Positions 51,498 through 64,000 of a DNA stretch of 64,000 bases are shown piece by piece. Made by a program: the position numbers and the translations under genes. How positions within the stretch are numbered: position 1 is the first letter of the stretch; every line of letters starts with the position of its first letter. The notes below the pieces were generated by a model. It did not search any database, was not told the origin of the DNA, and saw only the letters and a program-made list of their open reading frames with translations. This stretch comes from Eledone cirrhosa (Eukaryota): contig OZ024743.1 in assembly GCA_964016885.1 (NCBI GenBank), forward strand, positions 248,868,001 through 248,932,000, read 5' to 3'.

Positions 51498-52879
51498 TGT
51501 GATGGGATTCTGCATAGTTTTATCCACCAAATTTGACTCACTAGGCAATAGTTAGCCTGAGGCCATAGTAGAAGATATCTGTTCAAAGTGTCATGCAGTG
51601 GGACTGAACCTGAACCACATCATCATCATCATCATCATTACCATTATAGATTTCATGCCTGCTTTCCAGGCTGACATGGGCTAGGCATGGCTTTGAGGTA
51701 TTACTTCTATGGCTAAATGCTCTTCCTGTTGTCAACACATACTTTATTTATAGGTATGGTTTATACTTCTCAACTTCCTTGAACCAATTAGCTGCAGGAT
51801 GTATTGTTTAGGTGGGACATAAATAAAAGTCACTGTTTGCTTTAAAGATTGTTAATATGAAGGTACATATAGTAAACTAACCCACACAGATGCCCACTGA
51901 CACTCACATATTTGTGTACATCATCATTATTGTCTTTATCATCATCATCATCCTTTAACGTCCATTTTCCAGCCCGCAATGGTTGGATGGATTGTTATAG
52001 CCCAAGTCAGTATTTAAGTAGAGCTTCACAACTCCTAGAGGGGGTAAGGTCTACATCGCACTTACATACATTTCTGCTCACTTCTGAGTGCATTTTATCA
52101 TGGCCTCAACACTAGGAAAGTTGTCGTGTCTTTGACACAGTTGATGAATTCTTTTGCCCTTTTGTTTGGCAGGTTTTCTATGGCTGGATGCCCTTCCTAT
52201 TACCAACTACTTTAGAGAGTTTACTGGATGCATTTATCATGTAGATTACCAATACTAGAGAGGTTGTCTTGGCCTTGTCACAACTAAAGTGTCCTCTTGA
52301 CCCTTTTTCGGCATGGTTTCTATAGTTGGGTGTCCTTCTTTCCACCACGCACGTTACAGGGTGTATTTGGTGCATTTTTTATGGTACCAGTATGAAAGAG
52401 GTTGTCATGTTGTGACTGGAGGGTCATCTCTACCCTTTTTGCCATGATTTCTACAGTTGGAAGCCTTTCCTAACAGCAACCACTTTACAGAGTGTGCTGA
52501 GTGCATGGTACCATCTCAAGAGAGGTTGTTGGTCATATATTTGACTGAAGGGCTCTCTCTACATTAGGGGAATGGGGGAGATTGTAGGATATGTATAGGA
52601 TAGGGAAGGTAAAAAGGAGGAATGGTATATCATTGGTAAGAGAGAATGGGTGGGGGAGAGACAGGTTTGATGTCACAAGTGTAAGACAAGTGTGTGGGAT
52701 TAAAGTGGAGACATAGGGGAAAGAAAGAGTAGGAAAATATGTCATTGGTGTAAGATAGGTGTGGTAGAATTTAACAGGAAGTTGACGGGATCCTTGGTAA
52801 AGAGTGGGTATTGTACACTGATGGTGAGAGTAGTTTCTAAGGAGTAACATGCAGTAGGGCAGCAGAGGTCAGGTGACAT

Positions 52880-53230
52880 TTTTATACTGACAGGTTAGTC
52901 TTCTCCCATACCTCATGTCACCAATCCACAGAGTCCTTTGTCAGCTCTGTCATGGATTTCACTACTTCATTCCATGTTTTCTTATGTCTACATCTTTCAC
53001 AAATTCAATGTATCTTTATACAGTTCATACCATCAATTTTCTCTCTTGCACACTGCATTAGATCCCTCTTATGCAGAGGTTTTCTCTCAGCTTGCTTATA
53101 CAATGACATTCATGCAACTAACAATACACATCCACAAGTGCATGCTATTTTCATTATTTTTTAGTGTTCACAGGTTTTCTGTAGTCACATGTTTCACTAC
53201 CATGTAGCATTGCGGTTCATACACAGACAC
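52880..53230 (-). mobile_element. Degenerate RTE LINE 3' coding fragment
   Basis: Reverse strand resembles the TAMLHGSETC..LREN..RKTWNEV region. Confidence 0.7.
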
Positions 53231-53789
53231 CCCCCTCCACACACTTACAAAGGGACAACTCATCTAATCTATGCTAGCTAGGAAAAATGGACTTTAAATG
53301 GAGAGAATGAGGATGATGATGATATATATATCAGGATTAAACCAGTTTTAAACTAGTAATACTTGATTCTTGGGATAGTAGAGTGTAAATATAGTAGAGA
53401 GTCAGGGCCTGACGGCTGAGCTCTTGCTCTTTTGACAGCTAATTCCAGACTCCATTTTTGAAACGGCAAGAGCTCAGCAGTCGATACCTGTCTCTCTATT
53501 ATATATATAAACACACAATAGACTTCTTCATAGTTTCTGTCCATCAAATTCACTCACAAGACATTGGTCAGCCCAAAGGTTCTTGTTTCTTGTAGAAGAC
53601 ACTTGCCCAAGATGCCACCCAGTGAGATAGAACCCCAAACTACATGAGTGCGAAGTGAACTTCTTAACTACACAGCAATAGATTAATGAAGCAGCTTTAC
53701 CTGGAGACTAACATTAGGTATTAACTCAATCTAACAAATATTTGGGGCTTGAATTAGTAGTAAGACTTCTTGAAAAGTATGTAATCAAT

Positions 53790-54480
53790 CATCATCATCA
53801 ACAATGTTTTACAACCTTTTTCCTTGCTGGCATAGATCAGATGAGTTGTCATGTTTTGAGATTTGACAGGTCAAATGATCACATCTTAACCATATGTTTT
53901 ACTTTGGCATGATTTCTATGGCTGGTTGCCCTTCCTAACACCAACCACTCTACAGTGTGTATTGGGTACATTTTATGTGTAACCAGCATTGCTACCTTAC
54001 AGTGTTGACTGGGTGCATTTTATCATGACACCAACACTACTACTTTACAAAACGAATTGGGTGTATTTTGTCATGACACTGGCACTATCACTTCACACGG
54101 TGAACTAGTTACATTTTATCATGACACTGACATTGCCAATTTACTGAGTGGGTTAGGTGCATTTTATCGTGGCACTTTTATAAGGTGAGCTGGGTGTATA
54201 TATTTGTGGAACCAGCACTACCACTTTACAGAGTGCATTGAATGCATTTTTTATGGCACAGGTACCATCACTTTACAGAGTGTTTTAGGTGTGTTTTATT
54301 GCGACACCAACACTAACACTTTACTGGGCACATTTTATTGGGATACCCACACTAGAGAGGTTGTTACATGCTCAGCCAGATAGAAGAGTCTTTTCAAATC
54401 TTATATTGAGCCCACTTGATTGCCAAACACTGTAGCTCACATTTTCTCATCCTTATTACTTTTATTACTGCAGTGTTTAT
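53790..54480 (-). mobile_element. Non-coding RTE-tailed element with ~41-bp tandem array (relatives at 3770-4080, 13436-13790, 28075-28500, 32235-32530, 35790-36170, 51940-52530, 61165-61500)
   Basis: (CAT)n plus RTE 3' end, followed by about 9-10 diverged units of accactttacagtgtgxxctgggtgcattttatcatgacaccagcact. Confidence 0.8.
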
Positions 54481-54785
54481 ACAGGTGGATGCTTCATACA
54501 TGAACATTTTGAAGAGATGGTGATTATGAACTTGCATATTGCTGACTAGTTTATCATACAGAAGAGCTACTCAGGTGCAATAGAGCAATTGTTCTATCCT
54601 ACATCCTGGAATAAAATTCTAAAATACCATGAATTGTCAGCAAACTATTTTCCTCAGCTTGTGGCATTCAAAACGTTTGGAATAGATGAGTCACTGACAA
54701 GATCCTCGTCTTTGGTGATAGCTCACATTTTTTATGTATCAGTGATGTCTGTCAGGATACTTCATTATTCCAGCATCTTAGCCTC

Positions 54786-54975
54786 ATTGGATTGGCAGTA
54801 TTGGTAGAGCATCAGACACCATGCTTTGCAACATAGAGTTATGGTCCTTTATGTTCTGAGTTCAAATCCCACCAAGGTTAGGTTTGCCTTTCATCCTTAC
54901 AGGGTCAATAAAATAAAGTACCAGTAATGCTCTGGGGTAATTGTTGGCCTTGTGCCAAAAGTAGAAACAATTATT
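54786..54975 (+). mobile_element. Same SINE family, more diverged
   Basis: Collinear with 31727-31913. Confidence 0.85.
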
Positions 54976-55779
54976 ACCCACAGCAATGCTGCGAGTGTGT
55001 TGCCTAAAACATTATTAAAGAAAACTCCAGCACCCCCTTTTGGGGCATGTATTTGAGTGAGCATGCCTTACAGTTTTTTTCAATATTTTTTAACATAGAG
55101 CAACACACCAGTACAATACACCTATATAAGTGAAGCTAGATATACATCTACTGATGCTTGATTGCTTTCCTCACAAGCTAGTCTCTAGATTTAATTTCTA
55201 TATTTCTAATAAAAAAAACAGTCTATGATTTTTAAATTTTTAAACTAGTCAACAATTTTGATGTATTTAGTAATATTACTAACTTTCTCCTTACGTAAAA
55301 TTATAATGGAAAATTTTAGATGTATATAAACAGCCTTGTATCATAAAACCAGGGACAGTTTGGTATCAAAAGCTTCAATATTCTGTTACAGAATTAACAA
55401 TTTATCATACTTTTTCTTTAAATTATTTATAGAAGTTAAATGCACCACATTTTCTGGTAAGGCATTCCTACAAACTGCTACGTTTTAAGGAAAAAAATTT
55501 TTTTTAAACTTTGTTCTTGCATATTTCTTAACTATTTTATGTCCTGTCTCTCCATTTTATTTGTATTTAGCTGGAAAAACTTGGCGCTATACATCTGTTC
55601 CCTTCCATCAAAGGGTTCATTGAAACCACTTTTTTTTCCTTTAAGAGTAGATCGGTGTTTGAAATTCTGGAAGCCAATTACAAATAATTGGTACGGTAAT
55701 ATCCTGATGACAGAATGTCTAAAATAATATGCCAGCAATGAAGACATAGATAAAAAGATTAAAATAGTTCTGATGAAGT

Positions 55780-56205
55780 TAATAATTGTTTCTACTTTTG
55801 GCACAAGGCCAGTAATTACCCAGTGCACTGGTACTTTATTTTATCGACCCCGTAAGGATGAAAGGCAAAGTTAACCTTGGCGGGATTTGAACTCAGAATG
55901 GCAAGGGCCGTAACTCTATGCGTCAAAGCATAACGTCCGACCCTCTACCGATACTGCCAGTCCACCGCCATGATTGTTTCTACTTTAGGCACAAGGCCAG
56001 AAAATTACCTAGTGCATTACTGGTACTTTATTTTATCGACCACGTAAGGATGAAAGGCAAAGTCAACCTCGGCGGGATTTGAAGTTAATAATTGTTTCTA
56101 CTTTTGGCACAAGGCCAGCAATTATCTCAGTGCATTACTGGTACTTTATTTTATCGACCCCGTAAGGATGAAAGGCAAAGTCAACCTCGGTGGGATTGAA
56201 GTTAA
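55780..56205 (-). mobile_element. SINE cluster: one full copy plus two tandem 3'-half copies
   Basis: ttgtttctacttt..ggcacaaggccag...ggcgggatttgaa occurs three times. Confidence 0.88.
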
Positions 56206-56399
56206 TAATGTTTTCTGATAATAATGTGATTAATTTACACCTTTATTGGTATGGGATGTTCCACGGAAGAAAAGGCAACTTATTAAAATGTAATACTCTT
56301 GAAATAAATAGCATTTAAAACAGGAATTGAACATATGCGAATAGGTTTGTTTTGTTCCGTGAAGTAATTTAAGATTCCCCTCCAAATAAATATATAAGA

Positions 56400-56496
56400 G
56401 TAATATTTTCACTCTACACCGTGTGGTTGGCGTTCACCGGTTATTTCGAGCAACCATTGTCAGAAACAGGCTTGCGGCGTGTGTATTTGGGTGAGT
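56400..56496 (+). promoter_or_regulatory. Candidate ANKRD27 promoter / non-coding first exon
   Basis: CpG-enriched unique sequence ending in donor GG|GTGAGT at 56490/56491; the start-codon exon has an acceptor, so an upstream exon is expected. Confidence 0.5.
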
Positions 56497-57698
56497 AAAT
56501 ACATGAAGTTTTACTACATTGTTCGAAAAGAAATTGTAATATATTTTTAAAATTCATTTCATAAAGTATACTTCTATTGAAAATTAAGTTTAGATATATC
56601 TGTAAGCACACGTTCATTTGTGCCCACACACGTCTACATACACAATGTTGCTAGCTTGTCAAACCTAATGTTTACTTTTTATTACGTTCTCACTTGAATT
56701 TTTACAATTGTATTTAGTTGTTTTCTATTATAATTTATGTGTTGTCCTTTTTTTCATTTCTTTGTTAATGTTACTGATTAATCCCTATTTTATTGATTAC
56801 AATTGCAATACTATTTCAGTTGAACGACAATCAACTTTTGTTCATTTACTTGGTATTGAATGGTGACGACAATAATAATGTAAAATTTTTAAGTTGGACC
56901 CCCCTCCCCCCCTCATATATATATATATATTATAAATCAATTGCCCGAATCCAATTTTTCCTTTAACTATTTTTAAGAATGTTAATTACCGAAAAAGAAC
57001 GAATTTAGAAATGTAATAATTTAATAACAATGATGGTAAAGTTAGAAAAAGCAAACCCTTATTGCTTATTTTAGTTGATTGGCAACCACTTCTCTGCCAA
57101 ATACATTTTTTTCTTTGGATGTAAAAGTAAACAGTTCTCATATTCCTTAAATACACTTATATAAAAGAAAATCACTTAAAATTACCGTTTGAACTGTTAT
57201 AAATAAACGAATATTTTCCAAATTGGTTTCCTTTAGATAAGGTATCTAAATTGAATACAAATTTGTCTTTTATATAAATAATTTTTTTCTTTACGTTTCA
57301 TTTAATGTCTTATTACAATTATGGTTGTGGGGATTGTCTGTAAAATATAGATATGGGTTACGCGATTTTTGGAAAAGCGTATAATGGTTCCGCGACGAAA
57401 AAAGTTTGGAAGCCAGTCTTAGATGAATTCATTTATGGAAAGAAAAGAAAATATAAACGTTACTTGAAATGAATACATGACAGATTAATGTTAACATAAA
57501 CCTAATTAGTTGTATATATTTTATATACAGAATGCTACGTATTAAAAAAGATGTTATGTCTGTTCGCCAATGTTTTGTTATTGTAACTTGAGTTTCTTTG
57601 GCTTTCTTCCAAATGAAACAAAGGTTCATCTGTGCATTGTCGACCAACTTGCTAAGAGAACTATTATTTCACACACTTTTCCCTACATGATTTATAAG

Positions 57699-57737
<39 letters not shown>

Positions 57738-58473
57738 ATCTACTTTATTATTCGTTTCTGATTACAAAAAAATAAATAAAAATAATAATAATAAATAAAA
57801 CTAATGTAGCTTAATCCGGTTCAGTGTTCAGTAGCCAATTGTACCCAGTTTTAATGTGTGTGTATGTGTTCTGGTCATCAATTTAATTACTATCTTATTT
57901 CTGTGATACCGGGTAGCATATAACTGAAACTATTCAAATCCTATTTGGTAATTATTCTCTGTATACTCACACCAGATTAGACATATTATGTTTAATAGAG
58001 AAGTGAGACACGGTAGGGATGAGGAGAGGAGTAGGTTCATTGACCAGGTTAGCTTGGATCGAGGCAGTACACAGCTTGTTATTTTGAGAAGCAGTAGATG
58101 CTGAGAAAAATTAGCACATCTGCAGGCTAGTGGTTATAGTCTTTCCAGAGGGTCATCACAATTGGTGCTTACTCTGATTTCATTGGTATTAAGTAGCCGA
58201 GAGTTTAAGATAGAACACCTTCTTGTTGCAGGGTTTATCCTCAGCTGGTACTCTTGTTTTTCACTGGACTGGATGGGAACATGAAATGAAGTATCTTGTT
58301 CAAGGACACAATGGCATGTGAATCAAATTCATGACCTTAGGGTTAAGAATTCAACACCCTTAACCACTAGACCTCATGGGTGAATGAATCTTCGTTATTA
58401 ACTGAATTATATATGTATGCATTTCAAAATTTATCAAATGCATACATGTGTGTGTGTGTATATATATATATAT

Positions 58474-59303
58474 ACCGTTGTTTGCCATAAAAGGTTTCTC
58501 TCTAAAAGTAAAAGGCAGATTGTGTGATGCTTGTATACGAACAGCAATGTTACATGGGTATTGTGTGCAGAGGACGTGTGCAGATTGGAAAGGAATGAAG
58601 CATGCATGCTCCGTTGGATGTGTAATAGTAATATACACGAACTAAGGGAGAAATTAGGAATAAGAGGGATCAGATGCTGTTTACTTGAGAACATTACGTT
58701 GGTATGGTCATGTGATGCACATGAAAGACGACAGCTGTATAAAAAAGTGCAGGGCGATCAAAATTGATGGAAGTTACAGAGTAGGTAGACCCAGAAAAAC
58801 CTGGGATGACATAATCCAACCTTGCACACTGACACCTCTCTAAGACAATGTCACTGGATTGAGACCTTTGGTGCTACGCAGTAATACAGAAGACCTGCCT
58901 TCCCTACGTACAAAGTTAAACCTACAGTCAGTAGGCACCTCTTAACCAAATATACACCCCAACCCACTACCCCTACTCCATCCTCCCACCAACACCACCC
59001 TTTCTCTGTAAAGTTATGTTGGTGCCACAGAACATCCAGTCCAAACTAAAGAGGTTGTGTAGGTGTCATGACAAAAAAAACACCCAGTTCATGCTGTAAA
59101 GTGGTCATGTAGGAGGCCTGGTAAAAAGGCTCCCAGTCCACACTGTAAATGTGGTTGGTGTTAGGAAGGGCATCCAGCCATAGAAAACCTGCCAGATAGT
59201 CCTATACGAGCGAGACATGGTCACCATGTCAATCTTGCCACAAGTGGGACAATTCCCATCTAACCCATGCTAGCGTGGAATATAGATGCTAAACGATGAT
59301 GAT
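58474..59303 (+). mobile_element. RTE LINE 3' fragment, same subfamily as 14046-15900
   Basis: Collinear with ~15045-15900 (KGFSLKVKGRL, ERNEACMLRWMC, same 3' UTR and tail), frameshifted. Confidence 0.92.
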
Positions 59304-60992
59304 ACACCAAGAACAAGATAGCATAGGAAAAGTTTTAACCCAAGAAAAAAAATGAAGTTTCTTTATTCAACTAGAGCCCCTTCCATGATGCCATAAACAG
59401 TGAGGTGGACAGCTTGAAACAGGGATCAGTACAATCAACTTGAATTTTAAATTAATATCTGATCCTTACATAATCATGACTTGCTAACAATCTCCACATT
59501 AGGCATCTTTAATCACTGTGCATGGCCAACTTCTGTTTGCAGTGCTGTGGATTCACTGGATGGAGCTGGTTCAACCCATCCTGGGTTAACACCAATAAAT
59601 ATATGTAAATAATTTTGAATATTTGTTAGCTTAAAGTAAGCTGATTCAATGCAGATATTTTGACTGAAAAATAGTTAAAGTTGGACCCCTAGATATACTC
59701 CACTTTTTCTCTAGGAGCTTATATACCCAACTTATTTGACTATTCTTTTTTATAGTAAAAAAAAAATCTGCATTGAAGCAACTTTAAGTTAACATACATT
59801 TGAAATTTGCTCTGCTTCATGAATAGATAGTATTTTGTTATACTGAGATTGTGTTTAAACATTAAGTTGGTACAGTCTAGCATATGTGTGTGTGTGTAGT
59901 CAGCATAGTTCCAGATATGAGTACTACTCCAATGTGAGTTTTGTAGAATATTTTTTTTTCCCTGAAGTGGAAGACTAGTCTTTGAGATAGTTTCAGAAAT
60001 GTTTCAACAAACTAGCATTTATAGTCAATTGAGGTGGGGTGGGGGGTGTATTGTTATTCATACATCAGTCTAACAAGAAGTATTTTAAAGCCATTTTTTT
60101 TCTGTTCAAGTTTTTCATGTCAAGTTTTATACTAATTGTGGGGTCTTTTATGGGGGAATGTTTTATGACTGGATCCTCTTGCTGGCACCAACCCTTTTAA
60201 TTTTTTCTTGCAATACACAGATAGGTATATTAACATTTATAGTATGCATATACAGCTTAAAACCTGTTATAAGGGGCAAGATAGCATAACATTTTTTATA
60301 ACCAACAGCAGCCAAATGAAAAAAAAAGCATTCTTTATTCAGCAAGTGTATACTTGTTATATTTTAAACATTCACTGGATGAGTTGTTTTAAGGTTTTAA
60401 GTATACCTCTAGTTTAACAATCATCTACAAGCATGTGACTTCCATTGGTTTCATGAAGAATATCTGTGAAATTAATATAGATTGTAGCTAATGTATAAGC
60501 ATTAGGATTAACAGCAAGAATTCCTTGAGAATGACACTTTAACAGCCACTTGTAAAAATACTATAAATACACAATATACTACTATAGCTTTTGAAATGTT
60601 AAATATAAAGGTACATTAGTGTGGTGCTAAGGAAGCCATTGTAATTTATGAGGTGGGGTAGTAGTTACAGCGGGTGTTATTGGCCATTGTCCACAGAAAT
60701 GTCTTTGCCATTTTGTCCATGGGACACAGCCAAAACACTGCTCTGACCCAGGTGTAGTCTGTGACTCTCTGCCCTTCCCCCTTTCTTCCTTTGCTTAATA
60801 GTCCTTGTTCTTTCCCTCCTTTTCCTTGTGGCATTTAGTCCTTTCCAATGCTGCTTTCTTTTTCTTTTTTTGTATGTTTGACTAATTTATAGTTTTATCA
60901 AGAAAAAATTATTTATATTGTATTATCTTTCAGATGATTAGTTTAGTTATCAGTTTAGATGTGATGGAAACTCAGTTGGTAGAGTTGAGAAA

Positions 60993-61094
60993 ATGGAAAA
61001 GTATGATGAGGATCTGCTGGACAATCCCTTCTTTACGGCATTACAAAACCAACACTCAGCACTCTTCGATACTGTAACCACATGTAGATATACA
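60993..61094 (+). CDS. ANKRD27: ANKRD27 (VARP) coding exon 1: MEKYDEDLLDNPFFTALQNQHSALFDTVTTCRYT; exon incl. UTR probably starts at 60934
   Basis: Matches the vertebrate N-terminus MALYDEDLLKNPFYLALQ (recalled); tctttcag acceptor, gtaagt donor. Confidence 0.92.
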
Positions 61095-62756
61095 GTAAGT
61101 TTGACATTTTGCTATCTCTTTTAGAGTTTCCTTCATTTACTTGTTGATATTTTTCCTGTTTGTAGTTCATCATCATTGTCGTCATTTCATACCTACCTTC
61201 CTCACTGGTATGGCTTGGATGGGTGTCATTTCCAAGACCAGATAGGCTGGAGTGACATCATCTTGCTTGTATACTCCATATTTGACATGGTGTCTATGCC
61301 CTTCTTAACATCAACCACCTTACTGAATGTACTTGAGCAGTTTTTTTTTTTCATGGCACCAGCATTACTAGTTTACAGAATGTACTGCGTGTATTTTATC
61401 ATGGCACCAATACCGAGAACATTATGAAATGCTGTTTCAGACTGAAAATTCTTCTCAAACCCTATATTGTCTCTATTTGATCACCAACATTGTAGATCTT
61501 TATTTATAAATATCCATATGGTTAAGAAATTCACATTGCAAACACATTGTTTTTAGTCTCTGTTCTACTGCACGGCCTCTTGAGTAACTATTTTCTATGA
61601 CCCCGTACCAACTAATGAGCTGTGTGTGAAATTAGTTGGTGGAAACTATAAAGCAGTTTGTGTGTTTGTACTGCATGCATCTTCATATTGACAATACTTA
61701 AAGCAACCAGGGTTTGGTTTGACATTTTTGAAGGGAAATTCAGCCATTAAAAAGCTGTGTCAAAAGGTCTTATCCAGCTTATGCCAGCATGGAAAAGTTG
61801 ACGTAAAAATGACAATGTTTATTTATTTACATTTACATAATTATGTTATGAAATATAAGTAAACATTTACCTGAATGTTGCAGCTGCTTTTTTTTTTTTT
61901 GTAACTGCTAAAAACAACTACTGCCATGAAACTTGAAATTGTGAAAGTATGTCCTATTTGCAGTCAGTTCAGCTGAGATAAACAATATTCTTGGCCAGGT
62001 TATTGATTCTAACACTATTACATTTGAACTGTAGCACAGTAACTAATTACCTACCAATATTTATTTTTATTTCTTAATTTCATAAATGCTCCATGTTTTA
62101 AGTTGGCCAATTGGCAGGGTTTTTAAGGTGTCAGATTAAATGCTTTTATATTTGTTCTAGTTCACTGCACTCTGATTTCAAATCCCCCTGAAGTCAACTT
62201 TGCCGGGGGGAGGGGGGGGATTGGTGAAACTATTAAAGAGTCAGACAGGATGTTTTGCAGTACACTCTGTAAAATATTAGGTGATAGGAAGCGCATTCAG
62301 CTGTAGAAAACATACCAAACAAAGAGTCGGAAGGACTCTTCAGCTGTGTCAAAGACTTGATAACTTCCCCACTATTGATGCCACAATAACATGCACTTGA
62401 TAGAGCATAGGAATGTTTTGTGAGATGTGGACTCCTGGCTCACTTGAGCTCTCTGCAAAGTGCAGAAATGTAAGCAAGATGCAGGCCCCCAGCCCACCTG
62501 AGAGTTCAGTAGCTCTGCTTGAGTTTTGACTCAGTCTGTTGTTACCTTTCCAACCCTTGGTAGCAGGGAAAACAGTGGTTAAATGATGATGATTTGGCTC
62601 TGTGCATTCTAGGTTCAAATCCTGCTTTATTCTGCCAGGAGTTAGAATGTCAGATTGTATCAGCAATGAAAAAAAAACAATGGAAATACTGTTTCCTTCG
62701 TCTTATCTAATGATTAACACCTTTCCTTTTAATTTTACATATTCAATATTTTTCAG

Positions 62757-62891
62757 GTGTGTGTCCCTCGGTATGGTGCTGCCCAAACTGCAAATCTTAA
62801 TGAAGCTGAATTTGAAGACCACATTTTGATCCCCACTGAAAATGAAGAGGGACAAAATGGTAGCCAGTTGCAAAGAACAGTTTCTGGAAAA
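62757..62891 (+). CDS. ANKRD27: ANKRD27 coding exon 2: VCVPRYGAAQTANLNEAEFEDHILIPTENEEGQNGSQLQRTVSGK
   Basis: Aligns with VLVP..FESYILIP..TLNGK; tttttcag acceptor, gtaata donor, phase 0/0. Confidence 0.9.
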
Positions 62892-63805
62892 GTAATATTT
62901 TTAATATTTCCTTTTAACTAATAGTTAGTTGTCTATTGTTTAATCATGTCTTCTTGGACTTGTCCACCTTGTATTAGCCCTCTACATAGTTGCTTGATCT
63001 GTTAAATCTCCCTCAGCCCATCCACTATCTTTAAAAAATAAACAGATATGTCATATTTGATAGTTTAAACCCAGAGACTAAGTAACGACAGCTTGAGTAC
63101 TTATGGTTGTAGGTTTGCTGGATGTGTTGAGCTAGGTAACTTACAATAGTCAAGCTAATGTGGTGAGCCTCTACGTGTTTGCTCAACCTGCTGGGAAGTG
63201 TATGCAAATATCTGTCATATAATACCCAATCATCTTTAAAAAAAAGAATAATGTAATACTAGATATAGTGTACATGAAAAAAGAAAATGAGACAATTGGA
63301 ACATCTTTGATCATAAGTCTGACCTGGAGCTAAACATGTGCTACATGAATTATACTAACCTCACACACCTATTGCAGTATCCTCTAAGGACCACTGAATC
63401 ATCAGAAATTATCTGTTTTTTGGCATTGGACTAAGGATAAATAACATTCTTTGTTAATGTTAGTTGCTAAAGGAATAATGTTTGCTTGTAACAAATCTCA
63501 GACAATTGATTCTGTTGTCATTTTAACCTTTTATACTTCCGGAATTGGTAAAATATATTAATCTCTAATTTCACTAAAAAGGGTGGGTGTTATAAGATGG
63601 AATAACAAATTAACTTCATGCTTGATGTATCAATTAGGTGAGCTTAAACCCTGCTTCAGCTGTCTAGTAGTAACATCTTAATCCTTCCAGGTGTGAATTC
63701 CTCAAATTATTAGTGTTGCTATTTCCACATAAGAGCAAAATATTTTTCAACCTGTCTATTCTTGGACTGTGATAGCCTGTCCAACCTATGCCAGAATGGA
63801 AATGC

Positions 63806-64000
63806 AAAAAGCACCCAGCCCATAATGTAAAATGGTCATGTAGGTATCCTGACAAAAAGCACCCAGCCCATAGTGTAAAATGGTCATGTAGGTATCACGA
63901 CAAAAAGCACCCAGCCCATAGTGTAAAATGGTCATGTAGGTATCACGACAAAAAGCACCCAGCCCATAATGTAAAATGGTCGTGTAGGTATCTCGACAAA
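63806..64000 (+). repeat. 48-bp tandem repeat (4+ near-identical units) derived from the RTE 3' UTR unit
   Basis: Unit aaaaagcacccagcccatartgtaaaatggtcatgtaggtatcacgac starts at 63806, 63854, 63902 and 63950; runs off the window edge. Confidence 0.95.

Noticed and set aside
50358-51586. Long ORFs (up to 231 aa) rich in VC/ER
   Set aside because: Translations of the compound satellite, not genes.
53940-54350. CRISPR-like regularly spaced repeats
   Set aside because: Contiguous diverged tandem units without unique spacers, eukaryotic context, no cas genes; same for 63806-64000.
24500-56400. Shared bidirectional promoter or an additional host gene between TGR and ANKRD27
   Set aside because: The candidate starts are ~32 kb apart and I recognised no host exons in between, though small exons could be missed by eye.

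Overview
AT-rich, microsatellite- and transposon-dense eukaryotic DNA, most likely from an octopus (inferred from the SINE and RTE repeat families). Two host genes diverge head-to-head. On the minus strand is the 5' part of a thioredoxin-glutathione reductase (TGR/TXNRD3-like: dithiol CPFC glutaredoxin fused to the TrxR FAD-binding start). Five coding exons lie at 16905->2017, the gene runs off the left edge, and candidate first exons sit at about 22.1, 22.6 and 24.4 kb. On the plus strand is the 5' part of ANKRD27/VARP (coding exons 60993-61094 and 62757-62891). Mobile elements include a full-length but decayed CsRn1-type Gypsy element (4620-9924, tRNA-Trp PBS) nested in an older RTE LINE, and a 5'-truncated RTE LINE with an open RT+PHD ORF (14046-15900) plus many 3' fragments. 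There are also three Helitrons, remnants of CRE/NeSL, mariner and Chapaev-like elements, piggyBac- and TA-type MITEs, and tRNA-derived SINEs. The most unusual observations: (1) a ~713-bp near-perfect palindrome (33180-33892) and a second fold-back of the same (TA)n-associated repeat family (44239-44308); (2) a double hairpin with a duplicated loop near the TGR 5' end; (3) a possible in-frame upstream ORF ending in UGA four codons before the start of this probable selenoprotein. None is a proven new system; each is a testable hypothesis.
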